Source: the human T2T-CHM13v2.0 reference genome, Homo sapiens. From it: a stretch of DNA of 64,000 nucleotides. Shown here piece by piece: positions 52,201 through 64,000 of the stretch. Under the pieces are notes generated by a model that worked only from the letters and a program-made list of their open reading frames with translations, ran no database searches and was not told where the DNA came from. The DNA lies in the NCBI RefSeq assembly GCF_009914755.1, contig NC_060929.1. One strand, given 5' to 3'. How positions within the stretch are numbered: the first letter of the stretch is position 1; each line of letters begins with the position of its first letter. Both the position numbers and the translations under genes were made by a program.

Positions 52201-55200
52201 GATTTCTTCATACTATGCTAGACAGAAGAATTCTCAGTAACTTCTTTGTGTTGTGTGTATTCAACTCACAGAGTTGAACGATCCTTTACACAGAGCAGAC
52301 TTGAAACACTCGTTTTGTGGAATTTGCAAGTGGAGATTTCAGCCGCTTTGAGGTCCATGGTAGAAAAGGAAATATCTTCGTATAAAAACTTGACAGAATG
52401 ATTCTCAGAAACTTCTTTGTGATGTGTGCGTACAACTCACAGAGTTTAACCTTTCTTTTCATAGAGCAGTTAGGAAACACTCTGTTTGTAAAGTCTGCAA
52501 GTGGATATTCAGACCTCTTTGAGGCCTTCGTTGGAAACGGGATTTCTTCATACTATGCTAGACAGAAGAATTCTCAGTAACTTCTTGGTGTTGTGTGTAT
52601 TCAACTCACAGAGTTGAACGATGCTTTACACAGAGCAGACTTGAAACACTCTTTTTGTGGAATTTGCAAGTGGAGATTTCAGCCGCTTTGAGGTCCATGG
52701 TAGAAAAGGAAATATCTTCGTATAAAAACTAGACAGAATGATTCTCAGAAACTCCTTTGTGATGTGTGTGTTCAACTCACAGAGTTTAACCTTTCTTTTC
52801 ATTCAGCAGTTAGGAAACACTCTGTTTGTAAAGTCTGCAAGTGGATATTCAGACCTCTTTGAGGCCTTCGTTGGAAACGGGTTTTTTTCATATAAGGCTA
52901 GACAGAAGAATTCCCAGTAACTTCCTTGTGTTGTGTGTGTTCAACTCACAGAGTTGAACTTTGATTTACACAGAGCAGATTTGAAACACTCTTTTTGTGG
53001 AATTTGCAAGTGGAGATTTCAAGCGCTTTGTGGCCAAAGGCAGAAAAGGAAATATCTTCGTATAAAAACTAGACAGAATCATTCTCAGAAACTGCTCTGC
53101 GATGTGTGCGTTCAACTCTCAGAGTTTAACTTTTCTTTTCATTCAGCAGTTTGGAAACACTCTGTTTGTAAAGTCTGCACGTGGATAATTGGACCACTTA
53201 GAGGCCTTCGTTGGAAACGGGTTTTTTTCATGTAAGGCTATACAGAAGAATTCTCAGTAACTTCCTTGTGTTGTGTGTATTCAACTCACAGAGTTGAACG
53301 ATCCTTTACACAGAGCAGACTTGTAACACTCTTTTTGTGGAATTTGCAAGTGGAGATTTCAGCCGCTTTGAAGTCAAAGGTAGAAAAGGAAATATCTTCC
53401 TATAAAAACTAGACAGAATGATTCTCAGAAACTCCTTTGTGATGTGTGCGTTCAACTCACAGAGTTTTACCTTTCTTTTCATAGAGCAGTTAGGAAACAC
53501 TCTGTTTGTAAAGTCTGCAAGTGGATATTCAGACCTCTTTGAGGCCTTCGTTGGAAACGGGTTTTTTTCATATAAGGCTAGACAGAAGAATTCCCAGTAA
53601 CTTCCTTGTGTTGTCTGTGTTCAACTCACGGAGTTGAGCTTTCATTTACACAGAGCAGATTTGAAACACTCTTTTTGTGGAATTTGCAAGTGGAGATTTC
53701 AAGCGCTTTGAGGCCAAAGGCAGAAAAGGAAATATCTTCGTATAAAAACTAGACAGAATCACTCTCAGAAACTGCTCTGCGATGTGTGCGTTCAACTCTC
53801 AGAGTTTAACTTTTCTTTTCATTCAGCAGTTTGGAAACACTCTGTTTGTAAAGTCTGCACGTGGATATTTTGACCACTCAGAGGCCTTCGTTGGAAACGG
53901 GTTTTTTTCCTGTAAGGCTAGACAGAAGAATTCCCAGTAACTTCCTTGTGTTGTGTACATTCAACTCACAGAGTTGAACGTTCCCTTAGACAGAGCAGAT
54001 TTGAAACACTCTTTTTGTGCAATTGGCAAGTGGAGATTTCAAGAGTTTTAAGGTCAATGGCAGAAAAGGAAATATCTTCGTTTCAAAACTAGACAGAATC
54101 ATTCCCACAAACTGCGTTGTGATGTGTTCGTTCAAATCACAGAGTTTAACCTTTCTTTTCATAGAGCAGTTAGGAAACAGTCTGTTTGTAAATTCTGTAA
54201 GTGGATATTCTGACATCTTGTGGCCTTCGTTGGAAACGGGATTTCTTCATATTCTGCTAGACAGAAGAATTCTCAGAATCTTCCTTATGTTGTGTGTATT
54301 CAACTCACAGAGTTGAACGAACCTTTACACAGAGCAGACTTGAAACACTCTTTTTGTGGAATTTGCAAGTGGAGATTTCAGCCGCTTTGAGGTCCATGGT
54401 AGAAAAGGAAATATCTTCGTATAAAAACTAGACAGAATGATTCTCAGAAACTTCTTTGTGATGTGTGCGTTCAACTCACAGAGTTTAACCTTTCTTTTCA
54501 TAGAGCAGTTAGGAAACACTCTGTTTGTAAACTCTGCAAGTGGATATTCAGACCTCTTTGAAGCCTTCGTTGGAAACGGGATTTCTTCATACTATGCTAG
54601 ACAGAAGAATTCTCAGTAACTTCTTTGTGTTGTGTGTATTCAACTCACAGAGTTGAGCGATCCTTTACACAGAGCAGACTTGAAACACTCGTTTTGTGGA
54701 ATTTGCAAGTGGAGATTTCAGCCGCTTTGAGGTCAATGGTAGAAAAGGAAATATCTTCGTATAAAAACTAGACAGAGTGATTCTCAGAAACTCCTTTGTG
54801 ATGTGTGCGTTCAACTCACAGAGTTTAACCTTTCTTTTCATAGAGCAGTTAGGAAACACTCTGTTTGTAAAGTCTGCAAGTGGATATTCAGACCTCTTTG
54901 AGGCCTTCGTTGGAAACGGGTTTTTTTCATATAAGGCTAGACAGAAGAATTCCCAGTAACTTCCTTGTGTTGTGTGTGTTCAACTCACAGAGTTGAACTT
55001 TCATTTACACAGAGCAGATTTGAAACACTCTTTTTGTGGAATTTGCAAATGGAGATTTCAAGCGCTTTGAGGCCAAAGCAGAAAAGGAAATATCTTCGTA
55101 TAAAAACTAGACAGAATCATTCTCAGAAACTGCTCTGCGATGTGTGTGTTCAACTCTCAGAGTTTAACTTTTCTTTTCATTCAGCAGTTTGGAAACACTC

Positions 55201-58200
55201 TGTTTGTAAAGTCTGCACGTGGATAATTGGACCACTTAGAGGCCTTCGTTGGAAACGGGTTTTTTTCATGTAAGGCTATACAGAAGAATTCTCAGTAACT
55301 TCCTTGTGTTGTGTGTATTCAACTCACAGAGTTGAACGATCCTTTACACAGAGCAGACTTGTAACACTCTTTTTGTGGAATTTGCAAGTGGAGATTTCAG
55401 CCGCTTTGAAGTCAAAGGTAGAAAAGGAAATATCTTCTTATAAAAACTAGACAGAATGATTCTCAGAAACTCCTTTGTGATGTGTGCGTTCAACTCACAG
55501 AGGTTAACCTTTCTTTTCATAGAGCAGTTAGGAAACACTCTGTTTGTAAAGTCTGCAAGTGGATATTCAGACCTCTTTGAGGCCTTCGTTGGAAAAGGGT
55601 TTTTTTCATATAAGGCTAGACAGAAGAATTCCCAGTAACTTCTTTCTGTTGTGTGTGTTCAACTCACAGAGTTGAACTTTGATTTACACAGAGCAGATTT
55701 GAAACACTCTTTTTGTGGAATTTGCAAGTGGAGATTTCAAGCGCTTTGAGGCCAAAGGCAGAAAAGGAAATATCTTCGTATAAAAACTAGACAGAATCAT
55801 TCTCAGAAACTGCTCTGCGATGTGTGCGTTCAACTCTCAGAGTTTAACTTTTCTTTTCATTCAGCAGTTTGGAAACACTCTGTTTGTAAAGTCTGCACGT
55901 GGATAATTGGACCACTTAGAGGCCTTCGTTGGAAACGGGTTTTTTTCATGTAAGGCTATACAGAAGAATTCTCAGTAACTTCCTTGTGTTGTGTGTATTC
56001 AACTCACAGAGTTGAACGATCCTTTACACAGAGCAGACTTGTAACACTCTTTTTGTGGAATTTGCAAGTGGAGATTTCAGCCGCTTTGAAGTCAAAGGTA
56101 GAAAAGGAAATATCTTCTTATAAAAACTAGACAGAATGATTCTCAGAAACTCCTTTGTGATGTGTGCGTTCAACTCACAGAGTTTAACCTTTCTTTTCAT
56201 AGAGCAGTTAGGAAACACTCTGTTTGTAAAGTCTGCAAGTGGATATTCAGACCTCTTTGAGGCCTTCGTTGGAAACGGGTTTTTTTCATATAAGGCTAGA
56301 CAGAAGAATTCCCAGTAACTTCCTTGTGTTGTGTGTGTTCAACTCACGGAGTTGAGCTTTCATTTACACAGAGCAGATTTGAAACACTCTTTTTGTGGAA
56401 TTTGCAAGTGGAGATTTCAAGCGCTTTGAGGCCAAAGGCAGAAAAGGAAATATCTTCGTATAAAAACTAGACAGAATCACTCTCAGAAACTGCTCTGCGA
56501 TGTGTGCGTTCAACTCTCAGAGTTTAACTTTTGTTTTCATTCAGCAGTTTGGAAACACTCTGTTTGTAAAGTCTGCACGTGGATATTTTGACCACTCAGA
56601 GGCCTTCGTTGGAAACGGGTTTTTTTCCTGTAAGGCTAGACAGAAGAATTCCCAGTAACTTCCTTGTGTTGTGTACATTCAACTCACAGAGTTGAACGTT
56701 CCCTTAGACAGAGCAGATTTGAAACACTCTTTTTGTGCAATTGGCAAGTGGAGATTTCAAGGGTTTTAAGGTCAATGGCAGAAAAGGAAATATCTTCGTT
56801 TCAAAACTAGACAGAATCATTCCCACAAACTGCGTTGTGATGTGTTCGTTCAAATCACAGAGTTTAACCTTTCTTTTCATAGAGCAGTTAGGAAACAGTC
56901 TGTTTGTAAATTCTGTAAGTGGATATTCTGACATCTTGTGGCCTTCGTTGGAAACGGGATTTCTTCATATTCTGCTAGACAGAAGAATTCTCAGAATCTT
57001 CCTTGTGTTGTGTGTATTCAACTCACAGAGTTGAACGATCCTTTACACAGAGCAGACTTGAAACACTCTTTTTGTGGAATTTGCAAGTGGAGATTTCAGC
57101 CGCTTTGAGGTCCATGGTAGAAAAGGAAATATCTTCGTATAAAAACTAGACAGAATGATTCTCAGAAACTTCTTTGTGATGTGTGCGTTCAACTCACAGA
57201 GTTTAACCTTTCTTTTCATAGAGCAGTTAGGAAACACTCTGTTTGTAAAGTCTGCAAGTGGATATTCAGACCTCTTTGACGCCTTCGTTGGAAACGGGTT
57301 TTTTTCATATAAGGCTAGACAGAAGAATTCCCAGTAACTTCCTTGTGTTGTGTGTGTTCAACTCACAGAGTTGAACTTTCATTTACACAGAGCAGATTTG
57401 AAACACTCTTTTTGTGGAATTTGCAAGTGGAGATTTCAAGCGCTTTGAGGCCAAAGGCAGAAAAGGAAATATCTTCGTATAAAAACTAGACAGAATCATT
57501 CTCAGAAACTGCTCTGCGATGTGTGCGTTCAACTCTCAGAGTTTAACTTTTCTTTTCATTCAGCAGTTTGGAAACACTCTGTTTGTAAAGTCTGTACGTG
57601 GATATTTTGACCACTTAGAGGCCTTCGTTGGAAACGGGTTTTTTTCCTGTAACGCTAGACAGAAGAATTCCCAGTAACTTCCTTGTGTTGTGTACATTCA
57701 ACTCACAGAGTTGAACGTTCCCTTAGACAGAGCAGATTTGAAACACTCTTTTTGTGCAATTGGCAAGTGGAGATTTCAAGCGCTTTAAGGTCAATGGCAG
57801 AAAAGGAAATATCTTCGTTTCAAAACTAGACAGAATCATTCCCACAAACTGCGTTGTGATGTGTTCGTTCAACTCACAAGGTTTAACCTTTCTTTTCATA
57901 GAGCAGTTAGGAAACAGTCTGTTTGTAAATTCTGTAAGTGGATATTCTGACATCTTGTGGCCTTCGTTGGAAACGGGATTTCTTCATATTCTGCTAGACA
58001 GAAGAATTCTCAGAATCTTCCTTGTGTTGTGTGTATTCAACTCACAGAGTTGAACGATCCTTTACACAGAGCAGACTTGAAACACTCTTTTTGTGGAATT
58101 TGCAAGTGGAGATTTCAGCCGCTTTGAGGTCCACGGTAGAAAAGGAAATATCTTCGTATAAAAACTAGACGGAATGATTCTAAGAAACTTCTTTGTGATG

Positions 58201-61200
58201 TGTGCGTTCAACTCACAGAGTTTAACCTTTCTTTTCATAGAGCAGTTAGGAAACACTCTGTTTGTAAACTCTGCAAGTGGATATTCAGACCTCTTTGAGG
58301 CCTTCGTTGGAAACGGGATTTCTCCATACTGTGCGAGACAGAAGAATTCTCAGTAACTTCCTTGTGTTGTGTGGATTCAACTCACAGAGTTGAACGATCC
58401 TTTACACAGAGCGGACTTGAAACACTCGTTTTGTGGAATTTGCAAGTGGAGATTTCAGCCGCTTTGAGGTCAATGGTAGAAAAGGAAATATCTTCGTACA
58501 AAAACTAGACAGAATGATTCTCAGAAACTCCTTTGTGATGTGTGTGTTCAACTCACAGAGTTTAACATTTCTTTTCATAGAGCAGTTAGGAAACACTCTG
58601 TTTGTAAAGTCTGCAAGTGGATATTTTGACCTCTTTGAGGCCTTCGTTGGAAACGGGTTTTTTCATGTAAGGCTAGACAGAAGAATTCCCAGTAACTTCC
58701 TTGTGTTGTGTGTGTTCAACTCACAGAGTTGAACTTTCATTTACACAGAGCAGATTTGAAACACTCTTTTTGTGGAATTTGCAAGTGGAGATTTCAAGCG
58801 CTTTGAGGCCAAAGGCAGAAAAGGAAATATCTTCGTATAAAAACTAGAGAGAATCATTCTCAGAAACTGCTCTGTGATGTGTGCGTTCAACTCTCAGAGT
58901 TTAACTTTTCTTTTCATTCAGCAGTTTGGAAACACTCTGTTTGTAAAGTCTGCACGTGCATAATTTGACCACTTAGAGGTCTTCGATGGAAACGGGTTTT
59001 TTTCATGTAAGGCTAGACAGAAGAATTCTCAGTAACTTCCTTGTGTTGTGTGTATTCAACTCACAGAGTTGAACGATCCTTTACACAGAGCAGTCTTGTA
59101 ACACTCTTTTTGTGGAATTTGCAAGTGGAGATTTCAGCCGCTTTGAAGTCAAAGGTAGAAAAGGAAATATCTTCCTATAAAAACTAGACAGAATGATTCT
59201 CTGAAACTCCTTTGTGATGTGTGCGTTCAACTCACAGAGTTTAACCTTTCTTTTCATAGAGCAGTTAGGATACACTCTGTTTGTAAAGTCTGCAAGTGGA
59301 TATTCAGACCTCTTGGAGGCCTTCGTTGGAAACGGGTTTTTTTCATATAAGGCTAGACAGAAGAATTCCCAGTAACTTCCTTGTGTTGTGTGTGTTCAAC
59401 TCACAGAGTTGAACTTTCATTTACACAGAGCAGATTTGAAACACTCTTTTTGTGGAATTTGCAAGTGGAGATTTCAAGCGCTTTGAGGCCAAAGGCAGAA
59501 AAGGAAATATCTTCGTATAAAAACTAGACAGAATCATTCTCAGAAAGTGCTCTGCGATGTGTGCGTTCAACTCTCAGAGTTTAACTTTTCTTTTCATTCA
59601 GCAGTTTGGAAACACTCTGTTTGTAAAGTCTGCACGTGGATATTTTGACCACTTAGAGGCCTTCGTTGGAAACGGGTTTTTTTCCTGTAAGGCTAGACAG
59701 AAGAATTCCCAGTAACTTCCTTGTGTTGTGTTCATTCAACTCACAGAGTTGAACGTTCCCTTAGACAGAGTAGATTTGAAACACTCTTTTTGTGCAATTG
59801 GCAAGTGGAGATTTCAAGCGCTTTAAGGTCAATGGCAGAAAAGGAAATATCTTCGTTTCAAAACTAGACAGAATCATTCCCACAAACTGCGTTGTGATGT
59901 GTTCGTTCAACTCACAGAGTTTAACCTTTCTTTTCATAGAGCAGTTAGGAAACAGTCTGTTTGTAAATTCTGTAAGTGGATATTCTGACATCTTGTGGCC
60001 TTCGTTGGAAACGGGATTTCTTCATATTCTGCTAGACAGAAGAATTCTCAGAATCTTCCTTGTGTTGTGTGTATTCAACTCACAGAGTTGAACGATCCTT
60101 TACACAGAGCAGACTTGAAACACTCTTTTTGTGGAATTTGCAAGTGGAGATTTCAGCCGCTTTGAGGTCCATGGTAGAAAAGGAAATATCTTCGTATAAA
60201 AACTAGACAGAATGATTCTCAGAAACTTCTTTGTGATGTGTGCGTTCAACTCACAGAGTTTAACCTTTCTTTTCATAGAGCAGTTAGGAAACACTCTGTT
60301 TGTAAACTCTGCAAGTGGATATTCAGACCTCTTTGAGGCCTTCGTTGGAAACGGGATTTCTTCATACTATGCTAGACAGAAGAATTCTCAGTAACTTCCT
60401 TGTGTTGTGTGTATTCAACTCACAGAGTTGAACGTTCCTTTACACAGAGCAGACTTGAAACACTCGTTTTGTGGAATTTGCAAGTGGAGATTTCAGCCGC
60501 TTTGAGGTCAATGGTAGAAAAGGAAATATCTTCGTATAAAAACTAGACAGAATGATTCTCAGAAACTCCTTTGTGATGTGTGTGTTCAACTCACAGAGTT
60601 TAACCTTTCTTTTCATAGAGCAGTTAGGAAACACTCTGTTTGTAAAGTCTGCATGTGGATATTTTGACCTCTTTGAGGCCTTCGTTGGAAACGGGTTTTT
60701 TCATGTAAGGATAGACAGAAGAATTCCCAGTAACTTCCTTGGGTTGTGTGTGTTCAACTCACAGAGTTGAACTTTCATTTACACAGAGCAGATTTGAAAC
60801 ACTCTTTTTGTGGAATTTGCAAGTGGAGATTTCAAGCGCTTTGAGGCCAAAGGCAGAAAAGGAAATATCTTCGTATAAAAACTAGACAGAATCATTCTCA
60901 GAAACTGCTCTGCGATGTGTGCGTTCAACTCTCAGAGTTTAACTTTTCTTTTCATTCAGCAGTTTGGAAACACTCTGTTTGTAAAGTCTGTACGTGGATA
61001 TTTTGACCACTTAGAGGCCTTCGTTGGAAACGGGTTTTTTTCCTGTAACGCTAGACAGAAGAATTCCCAGTAACTTCCTTGTGTTGTGTACATTCAACTC
61101 ACAGAGTTGAACGTTCCCTTAGACAGAGCAGATTTGAAACACTCTTTTTGTGCAATTGGCAAGTGGAGATTTCAAGCGCTTTAAGGTCAATGGCAGAAAA

Positions 61201-64000
61201 GGAAATATCTTCGTTTCAAAACTAGACAGAATCATTCCCACAAACTGCGTTGTGATGTGTTCGTTCAACTCACAAGGTTTAACCTTTCTTTTCATAGAGC
61301 AGTTAGGAAACAGTCTGTTTGTAAATTCTGTAAGTGGATATTCTGACATCTTGTGGCCTTCGTTGGAAACGGGATTTCTTCATATTCTGCTAGACAGAAG
61401 AATTCTCAGAATCTTCCTTGTGTTGTGTGTATTCAACTCACAGAGTTGAACGATCCTTTACACAGAGCAGACTTGAAACACTCTTTTTGTGGAATTTGCA
61501 AGTGGAGATTTCAGCCGCTTTGAGGTCCACGGTAGAAAAGGAAATATCTTCGTATAAAAACTAGACGGAATGATTCTAAGAAACTTCTTTGTGATGTGTG
61601 CGTTCAACTCACAGAGTTTAACCTTTCTTTTCATAGAGCAGTTAGGAAACACTCTGTTTGTAAACTCTGCAAGTGGATATTCAGACCTCTTTGAGGCCTT
61701 CGTTGGAAACGGGATTTCTCCATACTGTGCGAGACAGAAGAATTCTCAGTAACTTCCTTGTGTTGTGTGGATTCAACTCACAGAGTTGAACGATCCTTTA
61801 CACAGAGCGGACTTGAAACACTCGTTTTGTGGAATTTGCAAGTGGAGATTTCAGCCGCTTTGAGGTCAATGGTAGAAAAGGAAATATCTTCGTACAAAAA
61901 CTAGACAGAATGATTCTCAGAAACTCCTTTGTGATGTGTGTGTTCAACTCACAGAGTTTAACCTTTCTTTTCATAGAGCAGTTAGGAAACACTCTGTTTG
62001 TAAAGTCTGCAAGTGGATATTTTGACCTCTTTGAGGCCTTCGTTGGAAACGGGTTTTTTCATGTAAGGCTAGACAGAAGAATTCCCAGTAACTTCCTTGT
62101 GTTGTGTGTGTTCAACTCACAGAGTTGAACTTTCATTTACACAGAGCAGATTTGAAACACTCTTTTTGTGGAATTTGCAAGTGGAGATTTCAAGCGCTTT
62201 GAGGCCAAAGGCAGAAAAGGAAATATCTTCGTATAAAAACTAGAGAGAATCATTCTCAGAAACTGCTCTGTGATGTGTGCGTTCAACTCTCAGAGTTTAA
62301 CTTTTCTTTTCATTCAGCAGTTTGGAAACACTCTGTTTGTAAAGTCTGCACGTGCATAATTTGACCACTTAGAGGTCTTCGATGGAAACGGGTTTTTTTC
62401 ATGTAAGGCTAGACAGAAGAATTCTCAGTAACTTCCTTGTGTTGTGTGTATTCAACTCACAGAGTTGAACGATCCTTTACACAGAGCAGTCTTGTAACAC
62501 TCTTTTTGTGGAATTTGCAAGTGGAGATTTCAGCCGCTTTGAAGTCAAAGGTAGAAAAGGAAATATCTTCCTATAAAAACTAGACAGAATGATTCTCTGA
62601 AACTCCTTTGTGATGTGTGCGTTCAACTCACAGAGTTTAACCTTTCTTTTCATAGAGCAGTTAGGATACACTCTGTTTGTAAAGTCTGCAAGTGGATATT
62701 CAGACCTCTTGGAGGCCTTCGTTGGAAACGGGTTTTTTTCATATAAGGCTAGACAGAAGAATTCCCAGTAACTTCCTTGTGTTGTGTGTGTTCAACTCAC
62801 AGAGTTGAACTTTCATTTACACAGAGCAGATTTGAAACACTCTTTTTGTGGAATTTGCAAGTGGAGATTTCAAGCGCTTTGAGGCCAAAGGCAGAAAAGG
62901 AAATATCTTCGTATAAAAACTAGACAGAATCATTCTCAGAAAGTGCTCTGCGATGTGTGCGTTCAACTCTCAGAGTTTAACTTTTCTTTTCATTCAGCAG
63001 TTTGGAAACACTCTGTTTGTAAAGTCTGCACGTGGATATTTTGACCACTTAGAGGCCTTCGTTGGAAACGGGTTTTTTTCCTGTAAGGCTAGACAGAAGA
63101 ATTCCCAGTAACTTCCTTGTGTTGTGTTCATTCAACTCACAGAGTTGAACGTTCCCTTAGACAGAGTAGATTTGAAACACTCTTTTTGTGCAATTGGCAA
63201 GTGGAGATTTCAAGCGCTTTAAGGTCAATGGCAGAAAAGGAAATATCTTCGTTTCAAAACTAGACAGAATCATTCCCACAAACTGCGTTGTGATGTGTTC
63301 GTTCAACTCACAGAGTTTAACCTTTCTTTTCATAGAGCAGTTAGGAAACAGTCTGTTTGTAAATTCTGTAAGTGGATATTCTGACATCTTGTGGCCTTCG
63401 TTGGAAACGGGATTTCTTCATATTCTGCTAGACAGAAGAATTCTCAGAATCTTCCTTGTGTTGTGTGTATTCAACTCACAGAGTTGAACGATCCTTTACA
63501 CAGAGCAGACTTGAGACACTCTTTTTGTGGAATTTGCAAGTGGAGATTTCAGCCGCTTTGAGGTCCATGGTAGAAAAGGAAATATCTTCGTATAAAAACT
63601 AGACAGAATGATTCTCAGAAACTTCTTTGTGATGTGTGCGTTCAACTCACAGAGTTTAACCTTTCTTTTCATAGAGCAGTTAGGAAACACTCTGTTTGTA
63701 AACTCTGCAAGTGGATATTCAGACCTCTTTGAGGCCTTCGTTGGAAACGGGATTTCTTCATACTATGCTAGACAGAAGAATTCTCAGTAACTTCCTTGTG
63801 TTGTGTGTATTCAACTCACAGAGTTGAACGTTCCTTTACACAGAGCAGACTTGAAACACTCGTTTTGTGGAATTTGCAAGTGGAGATTTCAGCCGCTTTG
63901 AGGTCAATGGTAGAAAAGGAAATATCTTCGTATAAAAACTAGACAGAATGATTCTCAGAAACTCCTTTGTGATGTGTGTGTTCAACTCACAGAGTTTAAC
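40289..64000 (+). repeat. 26,499-bp macro-repeat, copy 2 (truncated by window end; corresponds to 13790-37501)
   Basis: The ORF track from 13896 onward recurs at +26499 with the same translations. Private SNVs are shared: GATATGAA 14250/40749, CTCTGTGAG 18292/44791, AAACGCGTT, CTTCGATGG 32482/58981, TTGAGACAC 37012/63511. Confidence 0.93.

Larger units (their letters stand above)
1..64000 (+). repeat. Centromeric alpha-satellite HOR array, SF1 dimeric (J1/J2) type, probably the D1Z7/D5Z2/D19Z3 (S1C1/5/19H1L) family
   Basis: Continuous ~170-bp monomers with alphoid motifs (CATTCTCAGAAACT, TTCAACTCACAGAG, TTTGAAACACTCTTTTTGT, CTAGACAGAAG) and strong 339/340-bp periodicity. There is a CENP-B box in every second monomer and GAATTC once per dimer (e.g. 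248-253, 587-592), matching the classic 340-bp EcoRI dimer. Alpha-satellite identity is certain; the sub-family is from recognition, not a search. Confidence 0.97.

Noticed and set aside
306-63790. Hundreds of 60-102 aa ORFs on both strands (MILRN..., MFPNCS..., MQLASG..., MSEYPL...)
   Set aside because: They recur with the 340-bp satellite period, overlap antisense, often use non-ATG starts, appear or vanish with single SNVs and resemble no protein family I recognise. They are translations of alpha-satellite.
1-64000. CRISPR-like or other repeat-spacer system suggested by regularly spaced palindromic motifs
   Set aside because: The sequence between the motifs is itself repeated, so there are no unique spacers, and there are no cas or other genes.
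1-64000. Transposon insertion (L1/Alu), strand inversion or array edge
   Set aside because: The 339/340-bp phase is unbroken, all monomers have one orientation, and I saw no poly-A tail, target-site duplication or non-alphoid sequence.
1-64000. Assignment to a specific chromosome or to the CENP-A/kinetochore (CDR) domain
   Set aside because: Chromosomes 1, 5 and 19 share this HOR family and CDR position is epigenetic. Neither can be determined without alignment and chromatin data.

Overview
The whole 64 kb is primate (most likely human) centromeric alpha-satellite. It holds about 377 monomers of ~170 bp, all head-to-tail in one orientation, arranged as ~188 dimers of 339-340 bp. Each dimer carries one CENP-B box position and nearly always one EcoRI site, which is the suprachromosomal family 1 (J1/J2) organisation. 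It best fits the active D1Z7/D5Z2/D19Z3 (S1C1/5/19H1L) type array, but I cannot assign the chromosome by eye. There are no genes, RNA genes or transposon insertions, and every ORF in the track is a satellite artefact. I found no novel protein-coding system; the interest is structural. A distinctive 339-bp marker dimer punctuates higher-order repeat (HOR) variants of 6, 8, 10, 12, 14 and 16 monomers. A 26,499-bp (156-monomer, 14-HOR) block is tandemly duplicated and matched at every diagnostic variant I checked. It contains older nested duplications (680, 1359, 2038, 3396 bp and a 6455-bp offset), so the events can be ordered. One copy of a recurring 9-bp dyad has its 3-nt loop exactly inverted (ACA to TGT), which suggests a hairpin or template-switch mutation. 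All comparisons were made by eye and from the ORF track, so boundaries are approximate.
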